Below are positions 1-12,181 of a stretch of DNA of 64,000 nucleotides, piece by piece (positions within the stretch are counted from its first letter, which is position 1; every line of letters starts with the position of its first letter). The DNA is from Octopus sinensis (Eukaryota): the NCBI RefSeq assembly GCF_006345805.1, contig NC_043026.1, forward strand, positions 1,116,001 through 1,180,000, read 5' to 3'. The position numbers were made by a program, and so were the translations under genes. The notes under the pieces are model-generated. The model was given only the letters and a program-made list of their open reading frames with translations, made no database searches and was not told the DNA's origin.

Positions 1-2914
1 TTTGATATATATATGAAAAAATTAGTAGAGATGGGTTTTGTGGTGATGATTTTTATTTTAATGATAATGTTTACTCTAACGAGTTTTGAGCTTTTTGATA
101 GCTGTTTTCAAACTGAAATTCTGTGGTTTAAGAAACTTGCTTATATAGCAAAAGACTTTTTCTTACAAGTAAACAAATAAAAAATAAAGATAGAAAATAA
201 AAAAATATAAAAAATAAAAATTAATAAAAAATACAGAAAGTAAATACAACAGCATGTGTGAAAAAGAAAAAGGAAAAAAGAACATGAAGAAGAGCAAGAG
301 AATGGCAGGAGGAAGAGAAAAAGTAGTTGAAGATGGTAGGGAGAAGAGATTAGAATAAAGAGAAGGAATACTTTAGGAGTGGTCAAAAGATGACCTTCTT
401 CAATCTTTTGATCTGAAGTAACCTAATCACACACACACACACACACACACATCCACACATGCATGTATACATACATCCATACACACACTTACACACCTGC
501 ATGTACACAGATACATACATTCACTCATACACCCCCACACATTCATATACAGGTCTCCATGTGTACCTATGTACATGTGCACACATACATATACACATCC
601 ATTTATATTATTTTACCTCTATTGTCTTAAACTTTTAGCTGCCTTTATTATGCATGAATTCATTTTTCTTCATTCCACTTCACCCTTTTAGCTTTTATCA
701 CCTTTTATTCATGTGTATGTGTATATCTAATACTATTGGGTGCCCTATTATTTTAATATATATTTATATTCTAGTTTTGACAATTTGGGAAATGATATAA
801 AGTTGCTTTGACCGACTGGAGTGTTTATCCATTACACTTTTCAATCTATTTCTCCTTTCGCCTCAGGGTCACCCAACCATTTCCAGCTGCAGTCCTATTT
901 TTAATTTTTGGATTAACCTAACTGCTTTTTGGTTTAAAATTATTCTCTTATACATTTATATACATACATATACACACATATACATGCATATACACAAATA
1001 TATATACACTCATTCAGCTATAGGGATAGGACACATTCTTGTCAAAGCTTGTTTCTCCAGCGTTCATCACTTCACCTCATTTTGGATTAACAGCCCTGGA
1101 CGTTTGTTTTCACTGTCCTGTTTTTGTTACCAACTTGCTATCTTTAGCAATTGAGCAGCCATCTTAGACAAGACCAAGGAAGTCAAAATCATTTGATCTG
1201 GTGGTCCCAGCATTGGAGGTGGAATGGATTTATTTCCCCACCAGCAACATAAACAAGAGTGCTGAATTTGGCTGTGAAAAGGTCAAAAAGCAGAGTCAGT
1301 AAAGAGAGTGGTAAACTGACACTATTTCCCAAACTGACATATCCATGCAAGGCAAGAGGTCAAACAGAACATAAATCCTGGCTCCAAACATTGAGTTTGA
1401 CCCAGAATTTCAAGACATGGATGAACTAATTACCAAGTAAACATATATTTCTACAAAAGAATGTACTAAATTGAGTTTAACAAGAGCCCAAACTTAGTAA
1501 GGAATCTTTGTATTGAGAATGTTATTTCCTCTTGTTTTAATGTGGAGAGCTGTAAACCTAGTAAATATTCTTGTACATATAAATTTTATTTTTCTTTGAG
1601 AAATATTGGTCAAATTTTGCCAGTAGAAATTATATTGTGCATTGAATATAATTTTGTAGGGCATTGAAGTCAGGTGTGATGATTTTTTTCTGCTTTTGAA
1701 TATAGTTGGGATAATTTGTGTCAGTGTTTACAAATTTATTTTGGGTTGTTTTCTCTCTCTCTCTCTCTCTCTCCTACTAAGTTTGCTGCGAGTTAGAGAT
1801 GTTGTTAATGCCTTTAATTTATGTTTTTTGAATTTTTTAATGCTTAAAGCATGGAATTAATTGTCACATTTTGCTTGTTTTTTAATCTAGGTTTACATGC
1901 AATTCTGAGAAATGTATAAGGTGGTCATGGGTTGGCTAGAAATAACAGTTAAATCTCCTTTAAATCACACAAATTTTGTCATTTAAAGATATTACCAAAA
2001 TTTCCTTTTCTTTTCACTGTAAAGGCTTCTCCCATTGTTTTAAGTAAGTAGTACAAACAAAATTGGCCAAAATAAGTCCCGGGAGTAGGTGGATGAAAGG
2101 AGTGTGTAGAAAAAAATCATAAATTTTCTTAAACCTTTTTCATAAAAAGCTTAATCTGTCCCTTTCAAGATCATGATGCAAAAAAAAAAAAGAAAAAAAT
2201 CCATCAAAATGGAGAAAATCCAAAACTCAACCATTTATAGCCATTTATAGCCATTAAAATTTTATTGAAATGGTGTAATGTCCTAAAATCTCAGGATTTA
2301 TTTAGTTCCATACCTAAAAGAAATGTGCCAAGACTCAAGTCTCTGAAGTTTGTACTTTTGAATTTAACCAGGTCTGAAAACACTGCAAAACTGACTGCTT
2401 GTGACATGCAACAATATTGGCTTTACATAAATATTTTAAAAATTGCTAAAAAACAGTTTTCTTTCCAAGAACCCGAAAGAAAAAAATAGGCAATTGGTAT
2501 ACCATGGGCACTATTAATTTGTGTAATCTGAAATTGATTATCACTTCAATTTCAAAGATATGACATCACAAATATGGCTAATTATTTATTTAGGCCAATT
2601 AGGCAAGATTTCAACCAATTTGCTAAATCAAAATGTTTTTTTTTTGGATGCTTGCCAAGAAAAAGTACAACAGAAATTACATTTAAATATTTTCAAAAAT
2701 TCAGTGTTACCTACTTATACCTTAACTGTTTCATTTCAGTCATGTGACTACAGTGGGGGGTGTAAACAAACCAACATCAGTTGTCATGTAGTAATGGGGA
2801 CAAACTCCAAGACACACATAGACATATGAAATGGGATTCTTTCAGGTTCTGTCAACCAAATCCACTCACCAAGAGTTTAGTCAATCAAGGGCTAGAGTAT
2901 AAAACACTTGTCCA

Positions 2915-4678
2915 AGGAGCCATGCAGAAGGGCTATGCAGGTGCTATGCAAAAAGGGCTATGCAGGTGCTATGCAGAAGGTGCCATGCAGAAGGGGCTAT
3001 GCAGAAGGTGCTATGCAGAAGGTGCTATGCAGAAGGGGCCATGCAGAAGGGGCTATGCAGAAGGGGCTATGCAGAAGGTGCTATGCAGAAGGGGGTATGC
3101 AGAAGGGGCCATGCAGAAGGGGCTATGCAGAAGGGGTTATGCAGAAGGTACTATGCAGAAGGGGCTTTGCAGAAGGAGCTTTGCAGAAGGTGCTATGCAG
3201 AAGGGGCTATGCAGAAGGTGCTATGCAGAAGAGACCATGCAGAAGGGGCCATGCAGAAGGTGCTATGCAGAAGGGGCTATGCAGAAGGTGCCATGCAGAA
3301 GGTGCCATGCAGAAGGGGCTATGCAGAAGGTGCTATGCAGAAGGTGCTATGCAGAAGGGGGTATGCAGAAGGGGCTATGCAGAAGGGGGTATGCAGAAGG
3401 GGCCATGCAGAAGGGGCTATGCAGAAGGGGCTATGCAGAAGGGGCCATGCAGAAGGGGCTATGCAGAAGGGGCTATGCAGAAGGGGTTATGCAGAAGGTA
3501 CTATGCAGAAGAGGCTATGCAGAAGGGGCTTTGCAGAAGGTGCTATGCAGAAGGGGCTATGCAGAAGGTGCTATGCAGAAGAGGCCATGCAGAAGGGGCC
3601 ATGCAGAAGGTGCTATGCAGAAGGGGCTATGCAGAAGGTGCCATGCAGAAGGTGCTATGCAGAAGAGGCCATGCAGAAGGGGCAATGCAGAAGGTGCTAT
3701 GCAGAAGGGGTTATGCAGAAGGTGCTATGCAGAAGAGGCCATGCAGAAGGGGCAATGCAGAAGGTGCTATGCAGAAGGGGGTATGCAGAAGGGGCTATGC
3801 AGAAGGGGGTATGCAGAAGGGGGTATGCAGAAGGGGCCATGCAGAAGGGGCTATGCAGAAGGGGGTATGCAGAAGGGGCCATGCAGAAGGGGCTATGCAG
3901 AAGGGGCTATGCAGAAGGGGTTATGCAGAAGGTACTATGCAGAAGAGGCTATGCAGAAGGGGCTTTGCAGAAGGTGCTATGCAGAAGGGGCTATGCAGAA
4001 GGTGCTATGCAGAAGAGGCCATGCAGAAGGGGCCATGCAGAAGGTGCTATGCAGAAGGTGCCATGCAGAAGGTGCTATGCAGAAGAGGCCATACAGAAGG
4101 GGCAATGCAGAAGGTGCTATGCAGAAGGGGTTATGCAGAAGGTGCTATGCAGAAGAGGCCATACAGAAGGGGCAATGCAGAAGGTGCTATGCAGAAGGGG
4201 CTTTGCAGAAGGTGCTATGCAGAAGGGGCTATGCAGAAGGTGCTATGCAGAAGGTGCTATGCAGAAGAGGCCATGCAGAAGGGGCCATGCAGAAGGTGCT
4301 ATGCAGAAGGGGCTATGCAGAAGGTGCTATGCAGAAGGTGCTATGCAGAAGGTGCTATGCAGAAGAGGCCATGCAGAAGGGGCCATGCAGAAGGTGCTAT
4401 GCAGAAGGGGCTATGCAGAAGGTGCTATGCAGAAGGGGCTATGCAGAAGGTGCTATGCAGAAGGGGCTATGCAGAAGGTGCTATGCAGAAGGGGCTATGC
4501 AGAAGGTGCTATGCAGAAGGGGCTATGCAGAAGGTGCTATGCAGAAGGGGTTATGCAGAAGGTGCTATGCAGAAGGGGGTATGCAGAAGGGGCTATGCAG
4601 AAGGGGCTATGCAGAAGGTGCTATGCAGAAGGTGCTATGCACAAGGGGCCATGCAGAAGGTGCTATGCAAGCCATGCT
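2915..4678 (+). repeat. 14-bp minisatellite, ~125 copies, consensus GCAGAAGG(T/G)GCTAT
   Basis: Direct reading shows a constant TGCAGAAG core with variant flanks. It produces a 14-aa periodic translation in all three + frames. Confidence 0.97.
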
Positions 4679-5260
4679 TGCATCTAAATGAAAAAAAATA
4701 CTCTTGATCCTAGCCTCAGTCATAGACAACATGCAACTAAAAAGCCCAAATCACTTCAAAAGCATGGACTTGCCCACACTGATGATCTCTCCTAGTTATC
4801 TCACAACTACAACATAGCAAAGATTGTATTTTAACCCATTAGCATTCAGATTACTCTGTCATGTGTAATGCTATTCACATTGTTTTGAATTAATTATGGC
4901 TTATCTTGTAACCTCAAGATTTCAATGATGTGATTGTTATCCTTAGAATGACAATGTAGTGTACTTGTGAAAGACTAAATCTGGCTGATATAAACATAAA
5001 ACAAGTAGAATATTAGGGCTGGATATGGCCGGTTTAAATGCTGAAGGACCAGATATTACTTCAGCCCTCACTTATTCTCAACAAAGCTCACCACCCTCAC
5101 CTCCACAACAACTATGTTGAGCCAATAAAAAGGCCTTTACGTAGTTACTTATTCTGCAAGAAATAGCAGCTAAACAACCTTCAAATCCCACATCACTGTT
5201 TTAGAAAAGAACAGGTTGGGTAATGTGTTCCTGGGTTCTCTACACAGGCATACACAACTA

Positions 5261-6123
5261 TAAGGGGTCCCAAAAGTCACTGATGGGGTTTCAATTTTTA
5301 ATAACTTGCTTAACTTTACAAATAAATGCATGAAATTTTGATACAGTATAAATGACATAATGGAAATTAATATGCACAAGTCAAATATTGCAACACCACT
5401 ACATCACATATGGAAAATGACATTGCTTAAATGGCAGCCACATTTAGCTTTGCGTACCATAAGACCCTCAAGAGTTTCAGACCCCACTTCTCTAATTTCT
5501 CTATTGATGTTCTCCTTCAGTTGCACCAGGGTCTCCGGTTTGTTAATGTAGACCCTCTCTTTGAGGTATCCCCACAAGAAAAAAATCCAGGATAGTCAAG
5601 TCTGGGGAACATGAAGGCCAGTTGACATTGCCATAGCAGGAGATTATTCTCTCTCCAAATCACTGCCGTAGCAATTGAATTGTTTCTCTTGCAGTATCGG
5701 CAGTTGCCCCAGCTTGCTGGAATCATGTGTGAAGTCTACCTTGAATGGCCTTTATGTTCCCCAGACTTGACTAGCCCGGATTTTTCTTGTGGGTATACCT
5801 GAGAGAGAGGGTTTACACCAACAAACCGGAGACCCTGGTGCAACTGAAGGAGAACATAGAGATACCAGAGAAGTGGAGTCTGATACTCATGAGGATCTTA
5901 TGGTGCAAGTTTTGGAAAGAGCACAGGCGTGCGAAGCTGAAAATGGCTGCCATTTAAGCAATGCCATTCTTCATATGTGATGTAGTGGTGTTGCAATATT
6001 TGACTTGTGCATATTAATTTTCATTATGTCCTTCATATTGTATCAAAATTTCATGCACTTATTTGGAAAGTTAAGCAAGTTATTAAAAATTGAAACCCCA
6101 TCAGTGACTTTTGGGACACCCTG
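5261..6123. mobile_element. Palindromic (fold-back) non-autonomous Tc1/mariner DD41D (rosa/Visitor-like) derivative
   Basis: Termini are CAGGGTGTCCCAAAAGTCAC-like. Arms 5261-5620 and 5746-6123 are inverted copies encoding the transposase C-terminus (FQQxGAT...WPSCSPDLTxLDFFLWxYLxERVY), with 41 residues between the 2nd and 3rd catalytic positions. Confidence 0.85.
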
Positions 6124-6504
6124 AATATCCCCCCAAAAGAAAGTCATGTTCATACACACACACACACATAGTAGTAGCAGTATTAGTAGATGTGTTGGTG
6201 GCAGTAACTGCTGTTGTAGTTTAGCCCCAGGTCAATTTGGATCAAACAGACATATAATCAACAGGTATGCCAGCCATGACCATCTTAGCATTTTCCTATC
6301 TACAGGGAACATAGAGCCACAGATGTGAGGAAGATTTGATTACTATTTCTAGCAGGCCAAGTGATGACTTAAAGGGTTCTTTATTAACTCAGCAGACATA
6401 ATGATAACAATGGTGGTGAAAAGGGTTAGTAGAGACCGATACAACATCTATGAAGCATCTGCAAACATCAGGGTAGAAGGAGGGTATGATAAAGTGGTAC
6501 CTAC

Positions 6505-6652
6505 CTGGGTCACAGTGAGTATGGGGCACAACAAACACCTGAAGATTGTCCCGGTTCTCCCAGTGGTTGGTGGGATAGGTTATATTCCAACCTTGCTTCC
6601 ACACACCACCATCAATGTTGTCAAATGGGATGACATCATAGGCATTGCGAAT
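6505..6652 (-). CDS. MAN2A1: Golgi alpha-mannosidase II, coding exon 3 (start of GH38 catalytic domain)
   Basis: Acceptor ATTTTCAG|ATT, donor CCAG|GTAGGT (phase 1). Encodes IRNAYDVIPFDNIDGGVWKQGWNITYPTNHWENRDNLQVFVVPHTHCDP(G), matching the GMII signature FDNxDGGVWKQG...VFVVPHSHNDPG with both Zn ligands (H, D). Confidence 0.93.
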
Positions 6653-6894
6653 CTGAAAATAGACATATTTCATTTGATTAATCATTCCTTCCATTAGTTC
6701 ACTTTCTTAAGTTTGTTTGGTAGATTTTAACTGCGGTCTTCAAGTGTTATGAAAGAACTAGCAAGTTGTGTGGCTTAAGGCCAATGCATAAGCCAACTGC
6801 AATGCCTCTCCATGACTGCTCAATCTGCAAGAAATAGAAGCTAAATCTCTTTCAAATGTGCATACAGATATGCATGACTCTCTCTATATATATA

Positions 6895-7250
6895 GGAGTG
6901 GCTGTGGTAAGTAGCTTTCTTACCAACCATATGGTTCCGGGTTCAATCTCACTGCATGGCACCTTGGGCAAGTGTCTTCTACTATAGCCTTTGGAGTGGA
7001 TTTGGTAGACGGAATCTGAAAGAAGCCCATCACATATATGTACGTGTGTGTGTATGTGCGTTTGTCCCCCCAACATCGCTTGACAACTGATGCTGGTGCG
7101 TTTATGTCCCCATAACTTAGTGGTTTGGTAAAAACAGACCAATAGAATAAGTACTAGGCTTACAAAGAATAGGTCCTAGGGTCAATTTGCTCAACTAAAG
7201 GCAGTGCTCTAGCATGGCCACAGTCAAATGACAAACGAATAAAAGCAAAA
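6895..7250 (+). mobile_element. tRNA-derived SINE family A (octopus-type)
   Basis: Head GTGGTAAG..CTTACCAACCATATGGTTCCGGGTTC, internal (TG)n, AAAGAG-type tail. Recurs many times in the window. Confidence 0.8.
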
Positions 7251-7279
7251 AAAAAATATACATATATATATATACATAC

Positions 7280-7600
7280 TAGTACTCCATTGGTTTTGAT
7301 GATGAAGGTTCCAGTTGATCTAATCAACAGAACAGCCTGCTCATGAAATTAATGTGCAAATAGCTAAGCACATCACAGACACACATACCTTTAACATAGT
7401 CCTCAAGGAGATTCAACAGAACTAAGACTGAGACAAGGTCGGTCTATTGAAATACAGGTCATACTCCTTTTTGCTAGCTGAGTGGTCTAGAGCAACATAA
7501 AATAAAGTGTCTTGCTTAAGTACACAATGTGCTACCGGTAATTGAACTCACGACCTTATGATCATGAGCCGAATACCCAAACCACTAAGTCACTCACCTT
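7280..7600 (-). mobile_element. tRNA-headed SINE (family B-type head, different body)
   Basis: Right end resembles the family B head (8600-8700); body differs and ends near an ATC-repeat. Confidence 0.55.
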
Positions 7601-7602
7601 CA

Positions 7603-7609
7603 TATATAT

Positions 7610-7676
<67 letters not shown>

Positions 7677-7697
7677 GAGTGAGAGAGAGAGAGAGAG
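7603..7697. repeat. (TA)n/(GA)n microsatellite
   Basis: Direct reading. Confidence 0.95.
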
Positions 7698-8368
7698 TAT
7701 ATTTATTTATGAGTAATACATAGTCTTTGGAGTAAATTTTTAATGTTAGGCTGGAAGTGAAAATTTCTATTGATTTCCATTTCCCTTTGATATGTTTAAG
7801 ATATATTTATTTAGATTCAGATGAATGTTACTGAGGCACCAGAATTTAGTACGATATTATCCATACAATTTAAAATAAGGTGATTAAAATCAAAATAAGC
7901 AACAAGGATATCCACAGGTAATGCAGTATGATTGCTTCATAAGAAATTTTCCAGAAATAGTTTAATATTTACACATATTGTATACTTAAATACTAACTCA
8001 TCAGATGGTATCTGTCAATATTAATTGGTATATACTGGTATTGATAAAGGAGTATTGGGGTAATGGAACATGCCAATTATATATTAATAAAATTTTAATC
8101 TAAGCAGTATTTTTTTATAAGTAGTGAATATACCAGTATAGTTTAATATAAGTTGAATATGAATTTATAGAGATACAAAAATTAGATTAATTTATAAATA
8201 AATAAAGGCTGATTATAAAATAATAAAGAAATAAAATAAAATAATCAAGCAGGGCAGAATACCGTAGAAAAGGAAATAAAATAGCTTAATTACTATGGTA
8301 AAGTATATGTAGCTTGTTAACACCAATAGAGAAGATTTTTATAAAAAGTATAATTCAAAATATGGAGG

Positions 8369-8700
8369 AGGAGACCTCCTTCGGTCATGAATGACCATGG
8401 AATTGCACCTACAAAGTTACCCTCCGGAGGCACAAGTCCGGGCAAGGTTGTTTATGGAAGGCCAGCAGTCGCCCATGCATGCCAGCCTCCCCTCTCCACA
8501 CCACCGATGCTATCCAAAGGAAAGGCCAATACAGCTTGGCACCTGTGATGTCGCAACTCATTTCTACAGGTGAGTTAACCGGAGCAGCATGAAATAAAGT
8601 GTCTTGCTCAAGAACACAACACGCAGCCTGGTCCAGGAATCGAACTCACAACCTCACGATCGTAAGCTCGATGCTCTAACCACTGAGCCATGCACCTTTC
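8369..8700 (-). mobile_element. tRNA-derived SINE family B
   Basis: Near-identical to 33243-33570 and the reverse complement of 57573-57875; tRNA-like A/B-box head at the right end. Confidence 0.8.
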
Positions 8701-9552
8701 ATAATCCAAAATATATTAGACTAAAAATTATGTATTTACTTATTTAGCTTATGTCAATAAAAGACTGATGTTTGGAATCGGCTAAAGGAATATTTAAGTT
8801 ATGGAACATTCATATTTTGCACTAATCTTTTTTTAAAGACTAAGGCTTATATTATAGGTTTAAGAAGTTATCATTGTTACTCCCTACATGATATTTATAG
8901 TTTCTTAGTGGTACTTGTTTAGAAGGATTATTTATATAAAGGCCCTTGGCAATACTAAGATCAGGAGGGTAGAGCCATTAAAGAAAGAGATTAATCAAGT
9001 AATTTCTAAAGATCATTTCAAACAATATTGTCTTATTGTATAAAGTTAAAATTTAGGGTAATCAAGAAGATTATTGAGAATGAAATTTTAACAAAATTTG
9101 AATATTTTGAGTATAATTGTGGTAATTTTTACCACAATAGAGGGAGGAAAAGAAAATTGCAAAGAAATATTTCAATATTTATTTACTTATTACTTATCTA
9201 AATAGTAACTTATTATATGGTTTCTATGGAGATTAATCAATTGGATTTAACTGGTATTTAATAAGGGAGCAACTGAGCTTAAAGAACATGTTAATTATCT
9301 AATGATTTAATTAAATTGAACTATTTTAAGTTGTACAGATACTGGTATTACCTTATATAAGCTGAGTACGAATTAATAGGGGTACAAGGATTAGATTTAT
9401 TTAAGGCTACCATAAAATAACAATAATAAAAATGATCAGTTAGGGTAGAGCATCATGGATAAGGAATAAAAACAGCCTAACCACAAAAAAACCTTAATAA
9501 AATATCCATACCTTATTAACTATAATAGCAAGTGTTTATAGAAAATGTTTAA

Positions 9553-9845
9553 TCTTTATATATAAAATTGAAGTTGTGTGTGTGTCTGTCTACTCCGATT
9601 TAGATTCCTAACTACTCCCACATTTTGCGGTACAATTTAACCAAAAGCAGGTATCTTATAGTCGTGATTCATATTGAGCCCTTCTGGGTATTAGCGTGAG
9701 TCTACGATGAGTCTACGATTTAAAAAAAAATTTATCATCATTTTTCTGCATTTTTGCTCAGTTTATATAAGGGAAGTAACTCTCTAAAAATGCTTATATA
9801 GTTATTTCCCTTACAAACCCGAGCAACGCCGGGCAATACTGCTAG
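9553..9845 (+). mobile_element. Non-autonomous Helitron (293 bp)
   Basis: 5' TC..TATATATAAAA, 3' hairpin CCCGAGCAACGCCGGG followed by terminal CTAG, inserted between A(9552) and T(9846) with no TSD. Confidence 0.85.
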
Positions 9846-10144
9846 TAATTTATGAGCTAAAAATTGTTAACTTATTTAGCTTACTATAATCAGGACTAAA
9901 ACCCGGTATTGGTTGAAAGAATATTTGTTGTTAAAAGGACATGCTAATCATATACTAATATCAAATTAAGAGGTATAATATAGATTTCAAAAGTTATTTA
10001 TGTTAATCCCTAAATGATATTACAGTTTCTTAGGGGTACTTAATTAGAAGGGCGGTTTGTATAAAGCCAATATAAATACCAAAATTAAGAGGACGGAACA
10101 CTTTAAGAAAGGGATAAAAAACCTAGTTACTAAAACTATTTTAA

Positions 10145-11271
10145 CCCTTTCGTTACTATATTTCTGACCAAAATATGTGTTTCAATTAATTTCTAACGTA
10201 ATCATAAATTTAGTCTGGTTTCATTTAATGAAACCAGACTAAATTTATGATTACGTTAGAAATTAATAACTTTTTTATTTATCAATATATTAACGTGAAT
10301 TTTGGAAGATAATTTAATGAAATGTTCTCAACCAATTCTATACTATAATTTTTGTCACAAAGTGACTCTAATTGCAGGTTGATACAGGTAAATTCAACAA
10401 AATATAAAATTATTAAAATTTTGTTCAAACATCGCTATAGAAAATGGGTTATTAGCAAATATTCAATTGGGTATACAAAATTTTACGATAGAATTTGTTA
10501 TTCTGGGTAACTTTCTGATACCCATAATAATATTTATGGCAAAATAGTCTTAATTTCATTTAAGGTTATGGGAAACCACTATCGTTTTGTTTACATTTAG
10601 CGTAACGGTTCGTTTTCGCCATAATGATTTCAAATAGGCTCATTCGAAAAAGTAAAAAGAAATAGTCTAAGGCTTTACTCTTCTGGGAAAGTCTGTGGCT
10701 TGGTCCAGTTTCTTCAGAAAAATCACCGAAAGAAACAGTTTTTAAATTTTCACTCCATTCAGGTGCCAATTCATTTTCTTTATCGCTGTCGGAACTCTCG
10801 GATTCACTGTTTTCACTTTCGGAAAATGAAACATCAGATTCATTATCAAATACCACATGCTTTTTTTTTTCAGTCATAGAGTTAGATTTATGAAGGTCTT
10901 CAGTAGAAAATCCTTCGAATTCTGACTCGCTGCTTGATATAATGAAATTCGTATCCATTTTTTGTCAGAATTACAAATTTTGAAAACACAATAGGAACAA
11001 ATTTTGGAAAAAAATCTCCCAAAATTCACGGAATTAAAATTACACTTCGATTTTTGTACAAAACTGTAGTTGAACTCTTTACGAAGTATAATACGTGTTT
11101 TCACGAATGTACTAAAGAGATTTGCTCTGATATTCTCATTTAAATATGAATAGGTAAATTCGGGCGGTTTTGGGCGGCTTGGTCACATTAACCAAAATTT
11201 TTTTCGGGCGGTTTTGGGCGGCTTGGTCACATTAACCAAAATTTTTTTCGGGCGGTTTGGTAACGAAAGGG
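10145..11271 (-). mobile_element. piggyBac internal-deletion derivative
   Basis: TTAA at 10141-10144 and 11272-11275; TIR CCCTTTCGTTAC. Minus ORF 10566-10958 has an acidic N-terminus plus GP..LDYFFLLF...EII..TNRYA, typical of piggyBac transposase N-termini. 44-bp subterminal direct repeats at 11160-11255. Confidence 0.9.
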
Positions 11272-12024
11272 TTAAACAATATGTCTTTATTGTATAAAGT
11301 TAAAATTTAGGGTTATCAGGTAATTATAAACATTTATCATTGAGGTGAGAGAACAAATTTACTACAAATTAGTTAAATTATAATTCAGGCAGTTTAATTT
11401 TAGTAGTTTAATTTTAAGTTGTGAAGATATCCATACTGTTTTTTTATAAAAAGTAAGTATGGAAGTATAGGGGTACAAAAATTTAGGTTTTTCTAAAGGT
11501 AGTTATAAAGTATTAAAATTATCGGGTAGGGTAGAAACACCATAGAAAAGGATATAAAATAGCTTAATCACTAAAATCATGATGAAGTACATATACAATT
11601 TAGTAACTTCAATAGAGAAGATTTATAGAAAATATGTAATAATTCAAGTATTTAAAATTAAAAATTGCTTATTTCCTTAATTAACTTGTGTCTTTAATCA
11701 CTGATACCCAGGATTGACTAAAAGAAAAATTAATGTTGTAGGGTATGCTATTTATGCACTGATTTTCAACTAAGAGGTACATTATAGGTTTTAAAACCCA
11801 AGGTCAATAAAGTGCTACTTTCTAAAATATTTGAAGGTACGGGTGGTACTATGTACACATGATACCCTAAGGTCTAATCAATTATTAATCAGGTTGCTAT
11901 TATCTTTATGCTTAAAAATGTCATATGTTTCCATAGAGCAAAGCTCACACCCATATCTGCTATTTTAGGTATAATTCAACTATTGTGTCCATCTGTTCTA
12001 ATTTAATTAAATTCTATGTCTTTG

Positions 12025-12111
12025 TGCTGCTGAAGATTGCTCTACATTTTAAATTGATGTAATGATTGCATTGTTCAATTACATGGAGTTGCATGAAGTG
12101 ATCGTACTGCA
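12025..12111 (+). ncRNA. Decayed type I hammerhead motif
   Basis: TGCTG-CTGAAGA...GCAT-GAAGT-GATC-GTA-CTGCA; GAAAC is mutated to GAAGT and stem I is 4/5. Confidence 0.45.
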
Positions 12112-12142
12112 TTACCTGTGGATATCCTTGTTGCTTATTTTG

Positions 12143-12181
<39 letters not shown>

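Larger units (their letters stand above)
7940..11830. repeat. Degenerate ~0.83 kb tandem array (about 3 copies) interrupted by SINE, Helitron and piggyBac insertions
   Basis: Identical 25-mer ATTGTATAAAGTTAAAATTTAGGGT at 9035 and 11289. Related AGGG(C/T)AGA..TAGAAAAGGA.ATAAAATAGCTTAAT motifs near 8251, 9441 and 11527. Confidence 0.65.

Noticed and set aside
1330-1440. Short + frame ILAPNIEFDPEFQDMDELITK resembling a transposase tail
   Set aside because: Too short, with no supporting motifs.
2781-4707. Three 575-636 aa ORFs as protein-coding genes, or the array as a CRISPR
   Set aside because: Explained by a stop-free 14-bp unit; there are no unique spacers; the locus is intronic and antisense to the host gene.
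1-6504. Mannosidase exon 4 (expected to begin G-W-x-x-T-F)
   Set aside because: No matching minus-strand exon found by eye; it probably lies beyond the window.
7940-11830. NUMT interpretation of the AT-rich array
   Set aside because: Manual translation in the invertebrate mitochondrial code gave no convincing mitochondrial protein or rRNA match.
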